Shown here: positions 1-14,543 of the stretch, one piece after another
How the letters are laid out: each line of letters begins with the position of its first letter
How positions within the stretch are numbered: the first letter of the stretch is position 1
NCBI RefSeq assembly: GCF_001194135.2
Contig: NC_068990.1
Coordinates: 13,152,410-13,216,409 of the forward strand
DNA: 64,000 bases
Reading direction: 5' to 3'
DNA from: Octopus bimaculoides
Taxonomy: Eukaryota
Translations under genes and position numbers: made by a program
The notes under the pieces: generated by a model
What the model was told of the DNA's origin: nothing
Database searches by the model: none
The model's input: the letters and a program-made list of their open reading frames with translations, nothing else

Positions 1-865
1 CATTATGAATCATTATGATTTTCAGCTGTTTAAGATTCTTTGGATCCTCTGGATCAACAAGTTGCTATTTGATTATTTGTCTCTTGTCCAGGTTTCAAGA
101 TCCAGCTGAATATCAACCCGCGAGGATGTGAGAAAAATCTAAAAACTTAAAATGATTGTGCTACTGTTTGTTCACAAAGATCTTCATACTTCATTGAAGA
201 AGCTTATCATACTTAAAGTCTGTGATCTGTGATCTTAGGTAATTTTTGCAGAAAAATCATGCATAAATATAGAGCCAGGCATTATTAAATAGAAATTGGA
301 GGAAGAGGCATATGGAGCAAGGAATAAACATTCAAATGGATGAATCAAACTCAATCGAAAAATTTTAAACAAAATAAATTACGTTGAAAATACTTCAACT
401 ACTGATGCCATTTTAATCATTAAAATAAACACCAACATCGACTTCATTGTTTTAATTATCATTATTATTCATATTTTTCTTGTTAAAAAACAATAGAGAC
501 ATTATATATTTGTTTCTATTTACGTTGTTCAAAGTTTCATGTCTAGTTGGCAAGCAATCTGAGCCTTTTGAAACAGGACATGTTTATAGTAGTGATTTTG
601 CATCACTGAAAGAGGATATATTATAGCAAAATGAGAAAGTAGTGGAATAAATATTGCCAATCTGAATATAAGACACAGTGGCTATTGAAGATAAAGAGCT
701 CACCTAGTGAACACGTAGTCATAAGAACAAACCACACTACAAGCAATACACTGTGTCACTGAACAAGTTACGTGCTTCCACTTCCTTTGATTGGCTTCTC
801 TGACTTCTACTTCAAGGTTGACTACTATGTGGAGATAGAGGAAGTGTATCAAACATTAAAAATAA

Positions 866-1809
866 AGCCCTGGGTTCAAATCCAGATGAAGTTAAATTTG
901 CTTTCCATCCTTGCAAGATAGATAAAAATACAGTACCAGTTAGATGCTGGTCCCTTCCACCTCCTCATAAATTTCTGGCTTTGTATTTTTAGTAGAAATT
1001 GTTATTAAATGACAGAAACATTTGTGCTGAACCAAAATACTTTGCAGTATTTAGGTGCATCCTTCTATGTGGTGTTCAAATCATTCTCTGGTCAGATTTG
1101 CCTTTCATCTCTTCAGGGGAAATAAAATAAAGTACCAGTATCAAATTGCATGTCTATTCATTGGATGATACTCTTCCTCTATAGAATTGTGACCATGTGC
1201 CAATGTAAGAAATTATTATCATTATTATTATTATTATTATTATTACTATTATTATTATTATTATTATTATTACTATTATTATCATTGTGTTTGTTGTCAA
1301 AACGTAGTGGAGTGGCAATAACAACAGAGTGCCATACAAAATGTCTTACCAAATTCAATTTCATCTCTCTACATCTCGAGTTCAAATCCAACTGGAACCA
1401 ATTATGCCTTTCATCCTTCTGGGTTAAAATAAAGTTGCAGGCTTGTACTGGGATCAATTCAATTCACTCTATCTTATCCCACGACCGTTTAGTTTTGTAC
1501 CATTGTAAGTAATTAACCATTGTGATTGTTATTATTATTATTATTATTATTATCATTATTATTATTATTATTATTAGAGATGTTGGGTTGGCTGAATGTT
1601 TTGAGCATTGGATAAAAAGCCTTGTGATATTTGTTCTAGTTTTCCATATTCTGAGTTCAAATCTCACCAGGATCAACTTTGTCTTTCATTCCTCTGGGGT
1701 TGGGGTCTATATAACAAAATACCAGTCAAATCAGTACAAGTCAGAATCAATGGTATTAACTAAATCTACTCCCCTCGAAATTGTAGGCCTTGTGCCTAAA
1801 TTAGAAAGG

Positions 1810-1844
<35 letters not shown>

Positions 1845-2060
1845 GGGGTGGTGACTTGAAAAGCTTATTAGAGCTTCAGACAAAATGTCTTGCAATACTT
1901 GTTCTGGCTCTTTATGTTCTGAGTTCAAATCCCATCAAATTCAAATTGCCTTTCATTTCTCCAGGGTCGATAAAATACCAAACAAGTAGTGGGATTAATT
2001 TAATTGACTAGCCTCTCCCCAAAATTTGAGGCATTGTGCCTATGCCAGAAATCAATATCA
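866..2060 (+). mobile_element. Five degenerate head-to-tail copies of tRNA-derived SINE family 1 (approx. 866-1008, 1008-1215, 1300-1515, 1577-1810, 1844-2060)
   Basis: Each unit has a B-box-like G(A/G/T)GTTCAAAT(C/T), then TTTGCCTTTCATC-like, AGTACCAGT-like and GGCCTTGTGCC-like segments, and ends in an (ATT)n tail. Confidence 0.75.
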
Positions 2061-2228
2061 TTATTATTGTTATTATTATTGTCTGCAGCATTGTCACATG
2101 TCTGAAGACAGGGTCTTCAGAGTCATTTAAGCTACACCCTTTACAATAATGGCTTAATTCTTTCTGAGTCTTCCTTTGTCTCCAATTAAGTCTAATATGT
2201 TTGGTGGTGTGGGGGAGGGGCAGTTTAC

Positions 2229-2294
2229 CTTCAGCGAAAGTATGAAAGCATTTTGAGTAAGAGGTGCCATTTTCCTTCAACCATCTACAGAATC
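2229..2294 (-). CDS. Candidate internal exon (66 nt), product unknown
   Basis: Minus strand acceptor gattctatttccttttaaAG and donor GAAG|gtaaac. One frame is fully open: (G)FCRWLKENGTSYSKCFHTFAE. No homology recognised. Confidence 0.2.
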
Positions 2295-3607
2295 CTTTAA
2301 AAGGAAATAGAATCAAGCCATTTTGGCATGATATCCACAAATATCTATCTTTCTTTCACCCATTGAAGTTGATAATGTTTATTATTTTAACAGTTTATGG
2401 AGATAAGTGATGTATTTCGTAGTCTTACTTTAGAAATTGGATCAATCTTCTTTGCTCAATAAAACATCTGAAGACAAGAGTTAAACACATGGTGTTCCCT
2501 GGTTGTAGTTATTGTAAGGGAGATAATCACTTCTAGATTAATCATAATGGGATTAAAGGTTTGAATTTTAAATCAAGGAATATTGAAGATGCACAGATTA
2601 TGTATATCTAAATGTTTCTTAGTCTTTACAAAAACCTTAAATTTTCTTATCACAGGAAGCCATGATAGTACTATTTCATCTTTATTTGAAATCAACAGCA
2701 TAACATAGCCCTGTTGGTTTCTGTTAATCTTAGTTGTGATATGAATGAATTGAATGGCATGCTATAACTTCGCCAACAATAATTAGCATATTTTACTTTA
2801 GAAACTACGGAAGAATTAATTTTATACATACTTATTTCAGGGAACAGCAGAAATAGAAAAAGATTTCTTAGAACTCTCTAATATATTCCATATCCAGCTT
2901 TTTTAGAGTGAAGGTTTTTGTTATGTTACACAGACTACTAAATTTTTCATCAGTGAATTAATGTCATGTTCTCTTACCTTTGTAAAACAATAGAGAATTT
3001 TTTTATATACAACTATCACTTTCTGGGGTGTTTTCTGCTTTTTTTGTTTTGTTTTTGTTCTTACTTCCCCAAATAATTACTATAGAATAGTTTGAGGTTT
3101 CAACAAAATTTTTTATAGAGACATTTTTCTTTCTTCTGACAATTTGGTAGTTGATGAGGGAAAAAATGTTGGTGGTATAAAAGTAATATAAGCAATATCT
3201 AGCCAAAAGCAGGAAAGATACAAAAATAGTAAAAAATAAAAATGATACCCATGTTATAAATTGCTGGCTCAATCAAATCTATTTTAATTGTTAATTTTGT
3301 TCTCAATGTTAATTTTTTTATATATTTTATAAACTTAATCCTTATTTCTTAAACATTACCAAAACCCTTTTTAAACAATTTCAATGACTTATATATCTTT
3401 TATTTTTCTTAATAATACATCCACTTGCAAAATACTGAAATGGAATTTAAAACGAATGTTGGTTATAATTGTAATCAACATCATCGTCATTATCATCATG
3501 AATATCATAATTGTCATCACTATTATAATTAGTTGATCATCATTATGATATCTCACTTGATTGCCATATATTACCAGCCTTTGTTACATTAGTCTTAATT
3601 ATCATCT

Positions 3608-3608
3608 C

Positions 3609-3666
<58 letters not shown>

Positions 3667-3897
3667 GTTGTTGTTGTTGTTGAGTGGTGCAGATGGTAGA
3701 TCAATTGGTAGATCAATGAAAGAACTTGTTGCAAGTTATTACAGCCCTTTATGTTCTGAGTTCATACTCTACATCTGGGTTAACTTTACCATTCATTCCT
3801 TCAGGTTCTACAAAATAAATACCAACCAAATTCTGAGGATCAGCTCTATCAAAAGTATGTCCTATAAAATAGGTAGCCTTGTACTTATATTAAAAGC

Positions 3898-3957
<60 letters not shown>

Positions 3958-3968
3958 CATCATTATTA
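3608..3968 (+). mobile_element. SINE family 1 copy (about 3683-3898) embedded between (ATT)n/(GTT)n arrays
   Basis: TTCTGAGTTCATACTC...TTTACCATTCATTCCTTCAGG...ATACCAACC body, with long ATT arrays on both sides. Confidence 0.65.
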
Positions 3969-4108
3969 AGAAATGATAATTATAGTTAATTATAATAACT
4001 AATTCTGTTGGTAAACATTCATATTCTATTCAACACATTGGAGCCTCTATGTTGTCACTTGACCTACTAGAAACAGCAGTCAAGTACCCTCTCACACTAT
4101 ATCGATTA

Positions 4109-4173
<65 letters not shown>

Positions 4174-4365
4174 TGCACACACACACTCACACACACACAC
4201 ACCTTAAATATTGCATTATTACACTTCAAAATAAGGATATAGCAGGTTCAATTTCCATTATAGACTTTACAGGTTTTAAATTTATATACATTAACTAAGA
4301 ACAACTGTCGGAAATTCTGAGATACATCAACTTTATCATCTCATCATAAACAAAAAAATAATTAC

Positions 4366-4406
4366 CATTAATAGCTTAGTCCTAAATATTACATCTGAAT
4401 TTATAT
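4366..4406 (-). CDS. Candidate small exon (41 nt), product unknown
   Basis: Acceptor gtttgtttttatttccAG and donor ATG|gtaatt. The only open frame reads (x)INSDVIFRTKLLM. Confidence 0.18.
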
Positions 4407-4900
4407 CTGGAAATAAAAACAAACTTACAAAAAAAAAAAGAATGATGGTATATTCCAGCTGGAGCATTTGTGATCATTGATATCAGTTTGATCAGATTTG
4501 AGTTAGGACTAAATAACCACAAATGTATATTGATTTATAAAAAAGGAAAACTCAACAACAGAAACCATTATAGTATTTCTATATAATATAAACATACACA
4601 AACACACACTGATGTATGAGTGTATGTATATATATATATATATAAACATATACACACCATGCATACTCACACAGGGTAACAGTAAATAAATAGGTTTGTA
4701 TATAATTCCAAACAAAATAATTCTTGCCAGAGGCCAAGTAAATTGTGTTCTAATGAATACATTTTTGCAAGAATTATATACATAAAATTACCTTTACATG
4801 CAAACACAACAACCCACCTTTATATATATATATATATTGAATTATTCATGTTAATTATGCTTTTCCATATTATTTCTATTATCATTATTCCTATCATCAA

Positions 4901-4954
<54 letters not shown>

Positions 4955-5905
4955 GAAAGAATGTAAAAAAATAATCAGGTTATATGATGAACAAGTTAAT
5001 GATTGGTTGTTATGGAAACGAAATTTTGGTATTGGGGAGGGGAATAGCTTTTCATTGTTGTTACTTTATTATGATTATATTTGCAGGGAGATGAGGGTCT
5101 ATTTTTGTGTTTGTTTTTTTGTTGTTGTTTGTTTGTTTGTTTTCTTCTCAGTTACATTGAAGAAGCCATTATGTATTAACTGCTCCAAGGTAAACTGGAT
5201 GTGAGATGTTGATTAATTAAAAAATAATTATATTTTGACTGTTGCTAGAGAAGATAAGATCATCTCTTGCTGAAGTAATGAGGAAGCCATGATGTAGTTG
5301 CTCAGCTTGTTGGAAATAGCAGCCAAATCTTCCTCAAATAATACCCTAGTTCATCTTAAAAACGAGAAGGAAGGCCAAATTAAAGATAGTGTAATTCCAG
5401 ATATATCTGAAAATATGATGGATGGTCATGGACGGAACACCTTTGACTGTAGGTCTTCTTGATCAAGACTAACCTGAGAGGGTGGGGTGTTAAGGAGATG
5501 TCTGTGAAAATAATATTCATATATCTTTATATGATGCTGTTGCTAGCAGGAGAGTTGTATGAATTCAATTATTCAAATTACCCTTTTGGACAAGAAATAT
5601 TACTTGGCATAACAAGGGTTAACTAATTTAAAATTGTTGTGGATTGATTAGTATTTGCTTGGAGGCTTAACTGGGGGAGTAGGTTATATCCTGCAGGGTG
5701 GCTTTTTTGGTAAGTTACAAGAGAAACGGTTAGTTAGAAAGTGTAACTCGGCATCTAGAGAAAAATAGTCATAGCATTGTGAAAACATGAATTTTTTGTT
5801 GGAATACTGACTAAATCTAAAAGAGTATTGTTTCTTAAATCATTGGAACTACATATATTCCATGCTGAAGTGCAGGGATTACAACAATTATAGAATATTC
5901 TGCAG

Positions 5906-5936
<31 letters not shown>

Positions 5937-6858
5937 TTATATTTTTTTTATATACATATACATATATGATAAAGAGAGAGGGAATGGAGTGTACCAATAA
6001 GTAAGATTTCATCGCAGTTGTAGACCTGAGATAATGAAACAACAGGTTTAATTTGTTCCCTTATTGTACCAAAGGAGATTTCTTCCAGTGGATTCCTCAG
6101 TTACACGTGATTTGCAGAGATACAGAGTGTTATGGCTGATCATATTAATCTTGTTCAAAGCAACGTGACATTAAATTCTGAAGGGTAATCTGCTGTTCTG
6201 TGAAGAGAGAATGGGATTTCAAATAGAATTAGGATATGTAGAGGACATCGTAATCAAGGAGAACAAACTGTCTGAGGAAAAAGCTTGAGAGCGAGCAAAA
6301 GATGGAGAGATATTTGTGAATGACTGTTTTCTTATTATTCTAAAACCCTTTTTTTTTCATTAGATACAACATATATGTGCATAGAAAGTGCATATGTACA
6401 ATATTCTGATATACTACATTTACATGGGGTGGGTATATTTGAGCAATATTATGATTTCTGATATAAGTGACTTAGGAGTTGATGATAAAGTTACCAGTTC
6501 CTACTAAACTGTGATTTTCTGTGAGGAAACTATTGAGTAGCAAAGACTTATTCGTTAAAATTTTGTTTATCCCGATAAATATTAGCATATACCTGCACCT
6601 ATGCCTATGAGATATTGGTACAACAGATTCCAGTATCTCTTCTCTACCTAATGTATATATGACTATTATGTCTAATCTTGAACCATGATTGTAAAGGTAA
6701 AATAAATAGCCCCCCCCCCTTTTTTGTGTAAGAATTAGCCATAAACCTAATAACAACACAGCATAGAATATCAGAGATGATGATAATATCTAATATTATT
6801 CTACATCACTAATAAAGGGATTAATCAATGCAGATAATAATATGATACCATTATGCAG

Positions 6859-6954
6859 ATTCCATTGTACCTTCCCTGCATCAGTTTGAGCCAGAAGACT
6901 GTGATATGCTCTTTCAACTTTTCAAAAAGAAAAAGCTACAAGATGTTGCTTGCG
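6859..6954 (+). CDS. Candidate internal exon (96 nt, phase 1-1), product unknown
   Basis: Acceptor ccattatgcAG and donor TGCG|gttagg. Open frame (D)SIVPSLHQFEPEDCDMLFQLFKKKKLQDVAC has protein-like composition in unique sequence. No homology recognised. Confidence 0.3.
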
Positions 6955-7401
6955 GTTAGGAAGGAAACCTATAAAAAAAATTCAACCCCTTGTTTATATA
7001 TTAGTCTAGTTTCTTTTTTTTTTTTTTTGTTTTTTTTTGTTTTTGTGATTTTTAAATTTATATTCAGTGATCTGAAAGTGAGTGTGTTGCTATAGAGCCA
7101 CAACTATTCAGCCCAGAAGATAGAATGGATATTATTTCAGGGATGTAATTGGTTGGACTGCAGATATATGAAATCTCACAGAAAAAAATGACTGTATAAA
7201 ATATTCACTCTTGATTCTGGGGCATAATCCACAGTTCTGTGAAGAGGAAAAGGATTAGTTAGGGAATAATAAGTTACAATGTAGCAGATGTGTTGGTAGA
7301 GAAGAAACAGAGAGAGGAAACAGCATATGTGAAAGCTAGTGATGGGGGAAAGCTTTTGAATGAAGGTTTTCTTATTCCCAAACCGTTTTCTTTTAAATTA
7401 G

Positions 7402-7421
7402 ATCCAGACTATATATGCATG
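7402..7421 (+). CDS. Candidate 20-nt microexon
   Basis: Acceptor ccgttttcttttaaattAG and consensus donor ATG|gtgagt. Joins in frame to 6859-6954, adding DPDYICM. Confidence 0.2.
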
Positions 7422-8005
7422 GTGAGTGTATACAAACAATACTCTAATAGGCTGCATTTGCAACAGAAAATATCTGAATATAGGGCTCTTCATTATATTT
7501 TCCACCCAGATGATAAATAGATATTCCCCTGTATATAATACTTTCTGAAATGGTTCTGGCTGTATTTGAACTCGAACAAAAAAAAAAAAAAAGGCACATG
7601 AGCTACCAAATTGCAAAATCAAACCTGTTTACTATATAATGATCATTGCTCTTCTCTTTTATTGAAGCTGTTTTTGTTTTAGTGAAAAATCATGGAGGAA
7701 CAAAATGCTAAGTAACTGTAGACATCATTTAAACTACATTACTAGAGGCTCCAAAACTTGTTACCACCAACTATCATTTCGGTCATGCTTGCCTCATTCA
7801 ACTTTATATTCAAACATACCAGTCATCTGAAAGATTCATTTCAAAATAATCAGTGGTTTTTAATTAAAAACTGAACAAATCTCATATTCTATCACCTCTT
7901 TGATTCTCATTTAGCCAATTATTCTAGATCTCTCTAAGAGAGACATTATCATAAAAATATACATTTTATCTACCTACCCAGATCTCAATAAATTCCTTGT
8001 GTGTA

Positions 8006-8036
<31 letters not shown>

Positions 8037-11000
8037 NNNNNNNNNNNNNNNNNNNNNNNNNNNNNNNNNNNNNNNNNNNNNNNNNNNNNNNNNNNNNNNN
8101 NNNNNNNNNNNNNNNNNNNNNNNNNNNNNNNNNNNNNNNNNNNNNNNNNNNNNNNNNNNNNATATATATGGATATATATGGATATATATGTATATATATA
8201 CATATAATTTTTTTTTCTTTTCATTTTAGTCATACATACTATGATTGTTGAAATTAAAACTTGGAATTGTTTTCATGTGCAAATGTAAATGTATTTTCTC
8301 ATTTCTCCTGTTAGTTTTTTTTCCCTTTCATTGTCTAGAAATGTGATGGTTAAGTGATCAAAATGCTGGACAACCCAATAGTTATAGGTCACATGATCAG
8401 ACTCTGTCATAAATAATACAGTATCTTTGGCCTGTTACATTATACTTCTTGCCTCAGTCTAAATAACTGAAATATAAACGCCACCCCTATTTCATTGTTC
8501 AGTGATTGACATTAGAAAAAGTACCCAGCCATGAAGATATCAGCTCCAACAAATAAAAGCAAATATCCAGTTCAAAAGTTTCAAAACTCATCTAACCCAT
8601 GCAGGCATGGAAATGTGGATGATTAAGATAGAAATCAAATTGTTTTACAATGAAAAGAAATAAAAGTAATACATATACATTTATCACAAATGACCAATAT
8701 GATACTGGTAACTTGATAAACCCAGTGACTCAAACCTTTAAAAGAGAACATGGCTTACAAAGTGAAGAATTTTAATTGTCATTCATTTATGTTGACGACA
8801 TGATCTCCCGTTTGTATAACCCCAGCCCCTTAAAAAAGAAATTATGTCCTGTTGAGAAACTGATGTAGATAATTTATTGCCATGAATTGACACAGCATGG
8901 AATCTACACCAGACCTACATGGATAAAAAGACCTATACAACAACCCTTTTCTAGGGTATCTGGTAACCTAACAATGATGTCAGAAGTTTGAAATTGTCAT
9001 GAAATAAATACGAATATTATGAAGAAGTAAAGACAGTAAGTCATACAAATGACTACGTCATCTCACAGAATATGTATATCGGCTTACAGAAATTTTTTTT
9101 CTGCTGCAGTTATGACTAAACAAACCTGCAGGTCTATCAACAGATTTGTTGATTTTGGTGGTGTTTAGGGATAATAAAAGCATGTTGATTTGTCAAATAT
9201 GTTAAGGAGAGAAATATACGAAGCAGTGTAAATTTGTTAACAGTTAAAGAGAGAAAGAAGGTGTATTGATTCTCTATGTTGATATGTTGAATGTTGATGT
9301 TAAATATTAAATAAACAAATGGAATTATGTTAAGGAAAAGCTATTAAACAAATATCAAATGTTTAAAGGCGAAATATTAAGCCATGTTAAATGTTAAAAG
9401 ATGAAAAGTAAACAACTGTAATATATTAAAGGGAATATATTATAAAACGAAAATTAAAGAGACATGTGTAAACAATGTTAAAATGTTGAAGATCATTATA
9501 AAATAGTGTAGAGAAGTCAAAAAATAAAAATTCAATTATTGCAGATTAAGAGATGATTATTTCTCTCCATGTGAAAATATGGTGACTGCTGCTGATAGAT
9601 GTATGTAGTAGAGTACGTGTTTATGTGCATTTGGCTGTCTTTGTATATGCTTACATATACATACAAGTTTATGTGGGTTCCATGTGATATTACGTTTCCA
9701 TGATGAACGATATAAATTTATATATGTAGTATATACTCTCTATGTATCCTTTACAGTTGTTTGTGTGTGTGTACATAAATGTGCATGTGTGTGTGTGAGG
9801 GTATATAAATATATATATAAACTGTGTATATGTACATATATATGTACCAAATGTATACTTTGTCACTCAAAATACATGTAAGCATATATATGCACCAATA
9901 TGCAAATATAAATTGTAAATACAAATGTGTACTGGTATATATATGAACAAACATAATTATCTATATCAACATGTCCTGACTATGTAGGTTATACATACAT
10001 GTATGTACACACATTCATCTGCATCTTTTGTATGTATATCTACATACACATTAATAGAAGTATCATTTGCTCATGCATCTGTCTCAAAACACACACACAT
10101 ACACACATATACATATACACATACATATCCCATGTATTAGCTTGCTAACAAGAGTGGCTCTTGTATTTTTCAATATTTTTTACACTCAGTGACCTTATTA
10201 TTAAGTGCTATATGTACCTAAAAGACTGGCCACTGATATGCATATAGATTTTGACAAAATCTATTATGACATCCATCTCAATCATTATCTCAGTAATTTT
10301 GACTGGAAACCAAAAATACTTCTAAAATCTTCACATTTCATGGCAAATTTGGAAAGGTTTTGCTATGTCTTTGTATAGTATATACCTATGATTGAGCTAA
10401 TAAAATCCACTTGAATACAGTTTTTTTAAAACAGGTCTCAAATAAATCCATCATTATTTTAATGTCTCAAAATAGAAACTCCATAAACCAAAATTAATTA
10501 AACTTTAATCTCAGAAATTTCTTTCAAAAAAATAAAAATAAAAAATAAAAAATTAAAAATTAAAAAATAAAAACAAAAAAATTTATAAGATGGTAAAGAG
10601 AGAAAATGAAATACTTGTTTTTTTTTGGTTCTTTTTTTTTTGCTGCTGATTTTATGGAACTAATTTTAGATTCCAAATATATTGGCAAATCTGAAAAACT
10701 AATTAATTCCTGTCCCTTATTGTTTTAATTTTAAAAGAGGATTAAACAAAAATAAATTTTGCAAAAGGGGTCTAAAATTTGAATCCAAATGTTTTCCATA
10801 ATTAAGTAAAACAAAGAAAAGAAAATTAAATAAATAAATGAACTAACATTAATTAAAACTAATAAAATAAACTGAAGTTTTGCACTAGATGTATATAGTG
10901 TCTTTGAGCTAGCACTGTTGTTGGGTGTATGACTGTCGGCAATAATTTCAATGTTCCTTTATGTATATGGAAGTGTCATAGCCAAGACAGCTTCTTAATC

Positions 11001-13037
11001 AGAAACTAAAGTCAATTCTCAAAATTCACTTTCATGCAGGTTTCCTATAAAAATGGAAGAGGAGGGGTGAAAACAGATGAGTTTTAAATGTATGAATTAA
11101 TAGTTTAAATATTAGCTGTCTTTAATAAATAATCATTTTAAACAATATATTAATGTATCACACTAGGCAAGCAGTGAAGGTGAGAAGTTAAGTTCCCCCT
11201 GAGCTGAGTCTATCGTCAGTTATTCAATTCCCAGTTATAGATACTTTCATTTCTATCACATACTCTATGGCTCTTGGGATAGACATGAACAGCAACCATT
11301 TTATTAACATTTTGTAAATTAATAATGACAATAATAATAATAAATAATTATAATATTAATGACAAATAATAATATTCCTATCTCTTTGATTCCTCTTATC
11401 ACACTTGCTTCAACTACATAAAATGTAGATTAAGTATGTCATCACTTGGCTATTTAACAAAATGCATGAGCTTATTATTAAGCCATTCATTATAAGTTTA
11501 TAGATATTTTTTAAACGGAAGAGTTTAAATTACATAATGAGCAAATACCATATTCTTTACACTACCCCGTTTCTTCCATAATCAAAGTGTAGGAATTATG
11601 GTAAATTTAAACGTGTTAATAACTATTTTTTTTTTTTAGTTTTTAATTAAAGGCAACTTCATGAAGGAAAATGTACTTGGTTTGTTCTCACTTCATACTT
11701 TCTGTTTTTTTGTTTCTTTTTATTTCTCTTTTATTCTGAGACATTTCCTAAGAATACTGAAAGCAAGTGAAGTGACTAACATTTCCAGTTATTACATTAT
11801 ATTACAAGACTATACCAATCTAACAAGGTGAATTAAATATCATCATCACACATTTGCTGTTCCGTGTAATTTTAACATGTTAAAGTTTGAGCCATTTATT
11901 TTCAAAATCTATCTCATATTAATATATAATCTAGCTTCTATCAACTTTCATTAAATTGCCACTTCTACTTTTACACAAGTCGTTTATAAGGCATGTGAAA
12001 TATTGCCTCATTACAATAGTAATAGATCTATCCATAATGTTGTCATCTTTTGTTGAGATTTCTTCATTTCATCAGAATGGAATGATAAGAATAGTAATGA
12101 TTTCAACGACAAATTCTATAGAACAAGCTGTAATTACCCAGTAAGCTCAGTCTGCTTTTCATCTTAGCAAAGGTATGAATTTCATATCTTCTTAATTCTC
12201 TTATTCACCATAATAATACAAGAATTCTATGTCTAATCAAAAATTTTAATGAATTTCATGGCTGTTTGTTTGTTAATTTCTGTTGCTAATTTTTTTCCCT
12301 AAGAAAGAATTAGGAATGAATTGTTTATCATCAATATATCTCAAGTAATTAGTTTATTAACCACTTGTATGGTAAACAGCTAATTTGATATTGACTGAGC
12401 TAGAATATAACACTTTGAAAGTCTCAACTAAGGTTTCATCAGATGTTTAGTGTTACACTCAAGATGAGCTGTAATCCAATCAGCCTAATACATAACTATT
12501 ACTACTACTACTCCTACTACTGCTGCTCCTACTGCTGCTCTTACTACTGCTACTACTACTGTAATGATGCAATAAAAGTGACACCTATACTGTTACATCA
12601 CTTGCATAAGTTTTTCTCAAGCTTAGAAAATTCAAACTATCCCATTGATTTTTTCCCAGTTTTGGAGTTATGTAAACTGTTTTCATTTTTTAACATAAGA
12701 AATTTTGAAGAGACGACTTCAAAAAAGACAGGTCACTGTATAATTAATTTTATTAACAGCAACAATTAAAATCAGAAAGTGATGACATACTTATTACCAT
12801 TGAATGTAGGCTATGATGTCTCATACTACTTGCATTTAAGCAATATTTGTATCAAGAAATGCTACAGACAAACTAACCTAGAATTATATAAATACATATA
12901 TGTATGTCTGTGTGTGCATTCATACATGTGTATATGTATATATCTAGCACTCTCTTTTATATGTGAGAGAGAGCTATATAGATACATACACACATGCATG
13001 AATGCATACACACATACATGCATATGCACACTAGTGT

Positions 13038-13073
<36 letters not shown>

Positions 13074-14477
13074 TATATGTGTGTGTATGTACTTATATAT
13101 ATGTGTGTATATATGTATGTGTGTATCTGTATATGGGTGTGTGAATGTATTATCAGTTAGGTTTCTATATCTTTATAGGATGGAGAATGGCAAGAATGAG
13201 AAGTTGCAGAATTCATGTTTATTCCAAGAGTCTAGATGCTATAAATGAAATAAGAGATATTACTAACTCAGGAATAGAAGCCTCACGGTCAATTTGATTT
13301 AATATCATACTACAATTTAAAATGCTTTCCAATAATAATAATAATAATGATAATAATAATAATAATGATAACTAATAAAATAATATCAGTAATAATAATG
13401 ATTATAGTAATTAAGTAATTACAGTTATTATAATAATAGTGATAAACTAATTGTAATAATAATAATGATAATAATGACAGTTATAGGAAAAGCTAAAATG
13501 TAAAAATATTTTTTAAGATATAACAATTAAATATCAACGATGCAAGAAATTTTGGACTTAGCGCTGATTGGCTGAAATTGTAAACTTCCAAGAGACTTTT
13601 AGCTAACAGCAGTGTTGGAGAAAAACTCCACAATGTATATATAGTATTACCATTGATACTTTCAAATATCAGGCTTCCAGCCTTGATATTAAAATAATGG
13701 TCATTTAATTTCTAAGAACTAACATATAATGAAACAGAAGAATATGCAAACATTCACATTCATACACATATACAGACATATATGTCTCATACATAAACAC
13801 AAAGGCAGTCATTTTTTTTTTCTCATTAGAAGTAAAAAAATTGAAAAACCATCTAAGAAATACATCTGTAGCTGACATTTATTAAATTAATTAGTAGGGC
13901 TTAGAGCAAATATAATACCCCCACAACAACAATAAAAATAATAATAATTTATTTGATTATGGAAAAATGGTAAAAAAAATATGAAACAAAAATAAGAAAA
14001 AAAAATAACCATAATTAGCATAAATGTAAAAATTCCTGACATGAAAACACAAAATAATTTTTAATTAATAATTTATATTTTTTTTTAAATTTGTGTTGAT
14101 TTTGTAAACAATTTTCTGTTTTGAGTCTATTTTTTTTTCTCTTTTTAATTTTTTTTTCAATGTTCTTTTACATCTGATCAGATCATGTACAAAGAAAACA
14201 AGAATTAACCATAGTCTTTTGTCACTGTAACTATCATGTGAGGATTTTTCTTCTTTCCCCCTTCCCCAACTGAAGATTTTTTTTTTACCCTCTTCTTTTC
14301 TTTGGGTAAGTCTGAAGACAGGACACATTTCCACCATTAGTATGTAGCATCCAGTTTATATATATAACTTACAATAACAAATGCAAGCATGAACATGAAT
14401 ATATATATATATATATACACTCACATACACACATACATATGTATATGTTCATGAATATATCTATATAAATATATGTA

Positions 14478-14543
<66 letters not shown>

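Noticed and set aside
92-127. 36-nt AG/GT-bounded segment (GFKIQLNINPRG or FQDPAEYQPAR)
   Set aside because: Plausible splice sites, but two competing frames, no recognisable homology and the window edge limits context.
9170-9530. Purine-skewed stretch with recurring ATGTTAA
   Set aside because: No stable period, consistent with a decayed low-complexity repeat.
11751-13250. Further plus-strand exon-like segments (about 11751-11837, 12076-12140, from 13180)
   Set aside because: Several mutually exclusive frames, one unusual GAG acceptor and no homology, so not distinguishable from chance pseudo-exons.
13560-13580. Strong CCAAT box (GCTGATTGGCTGAA)
   Set aside because: Isolated short motif with no CpG enrichment or other promoter evidence, and it may belong to a repeat.
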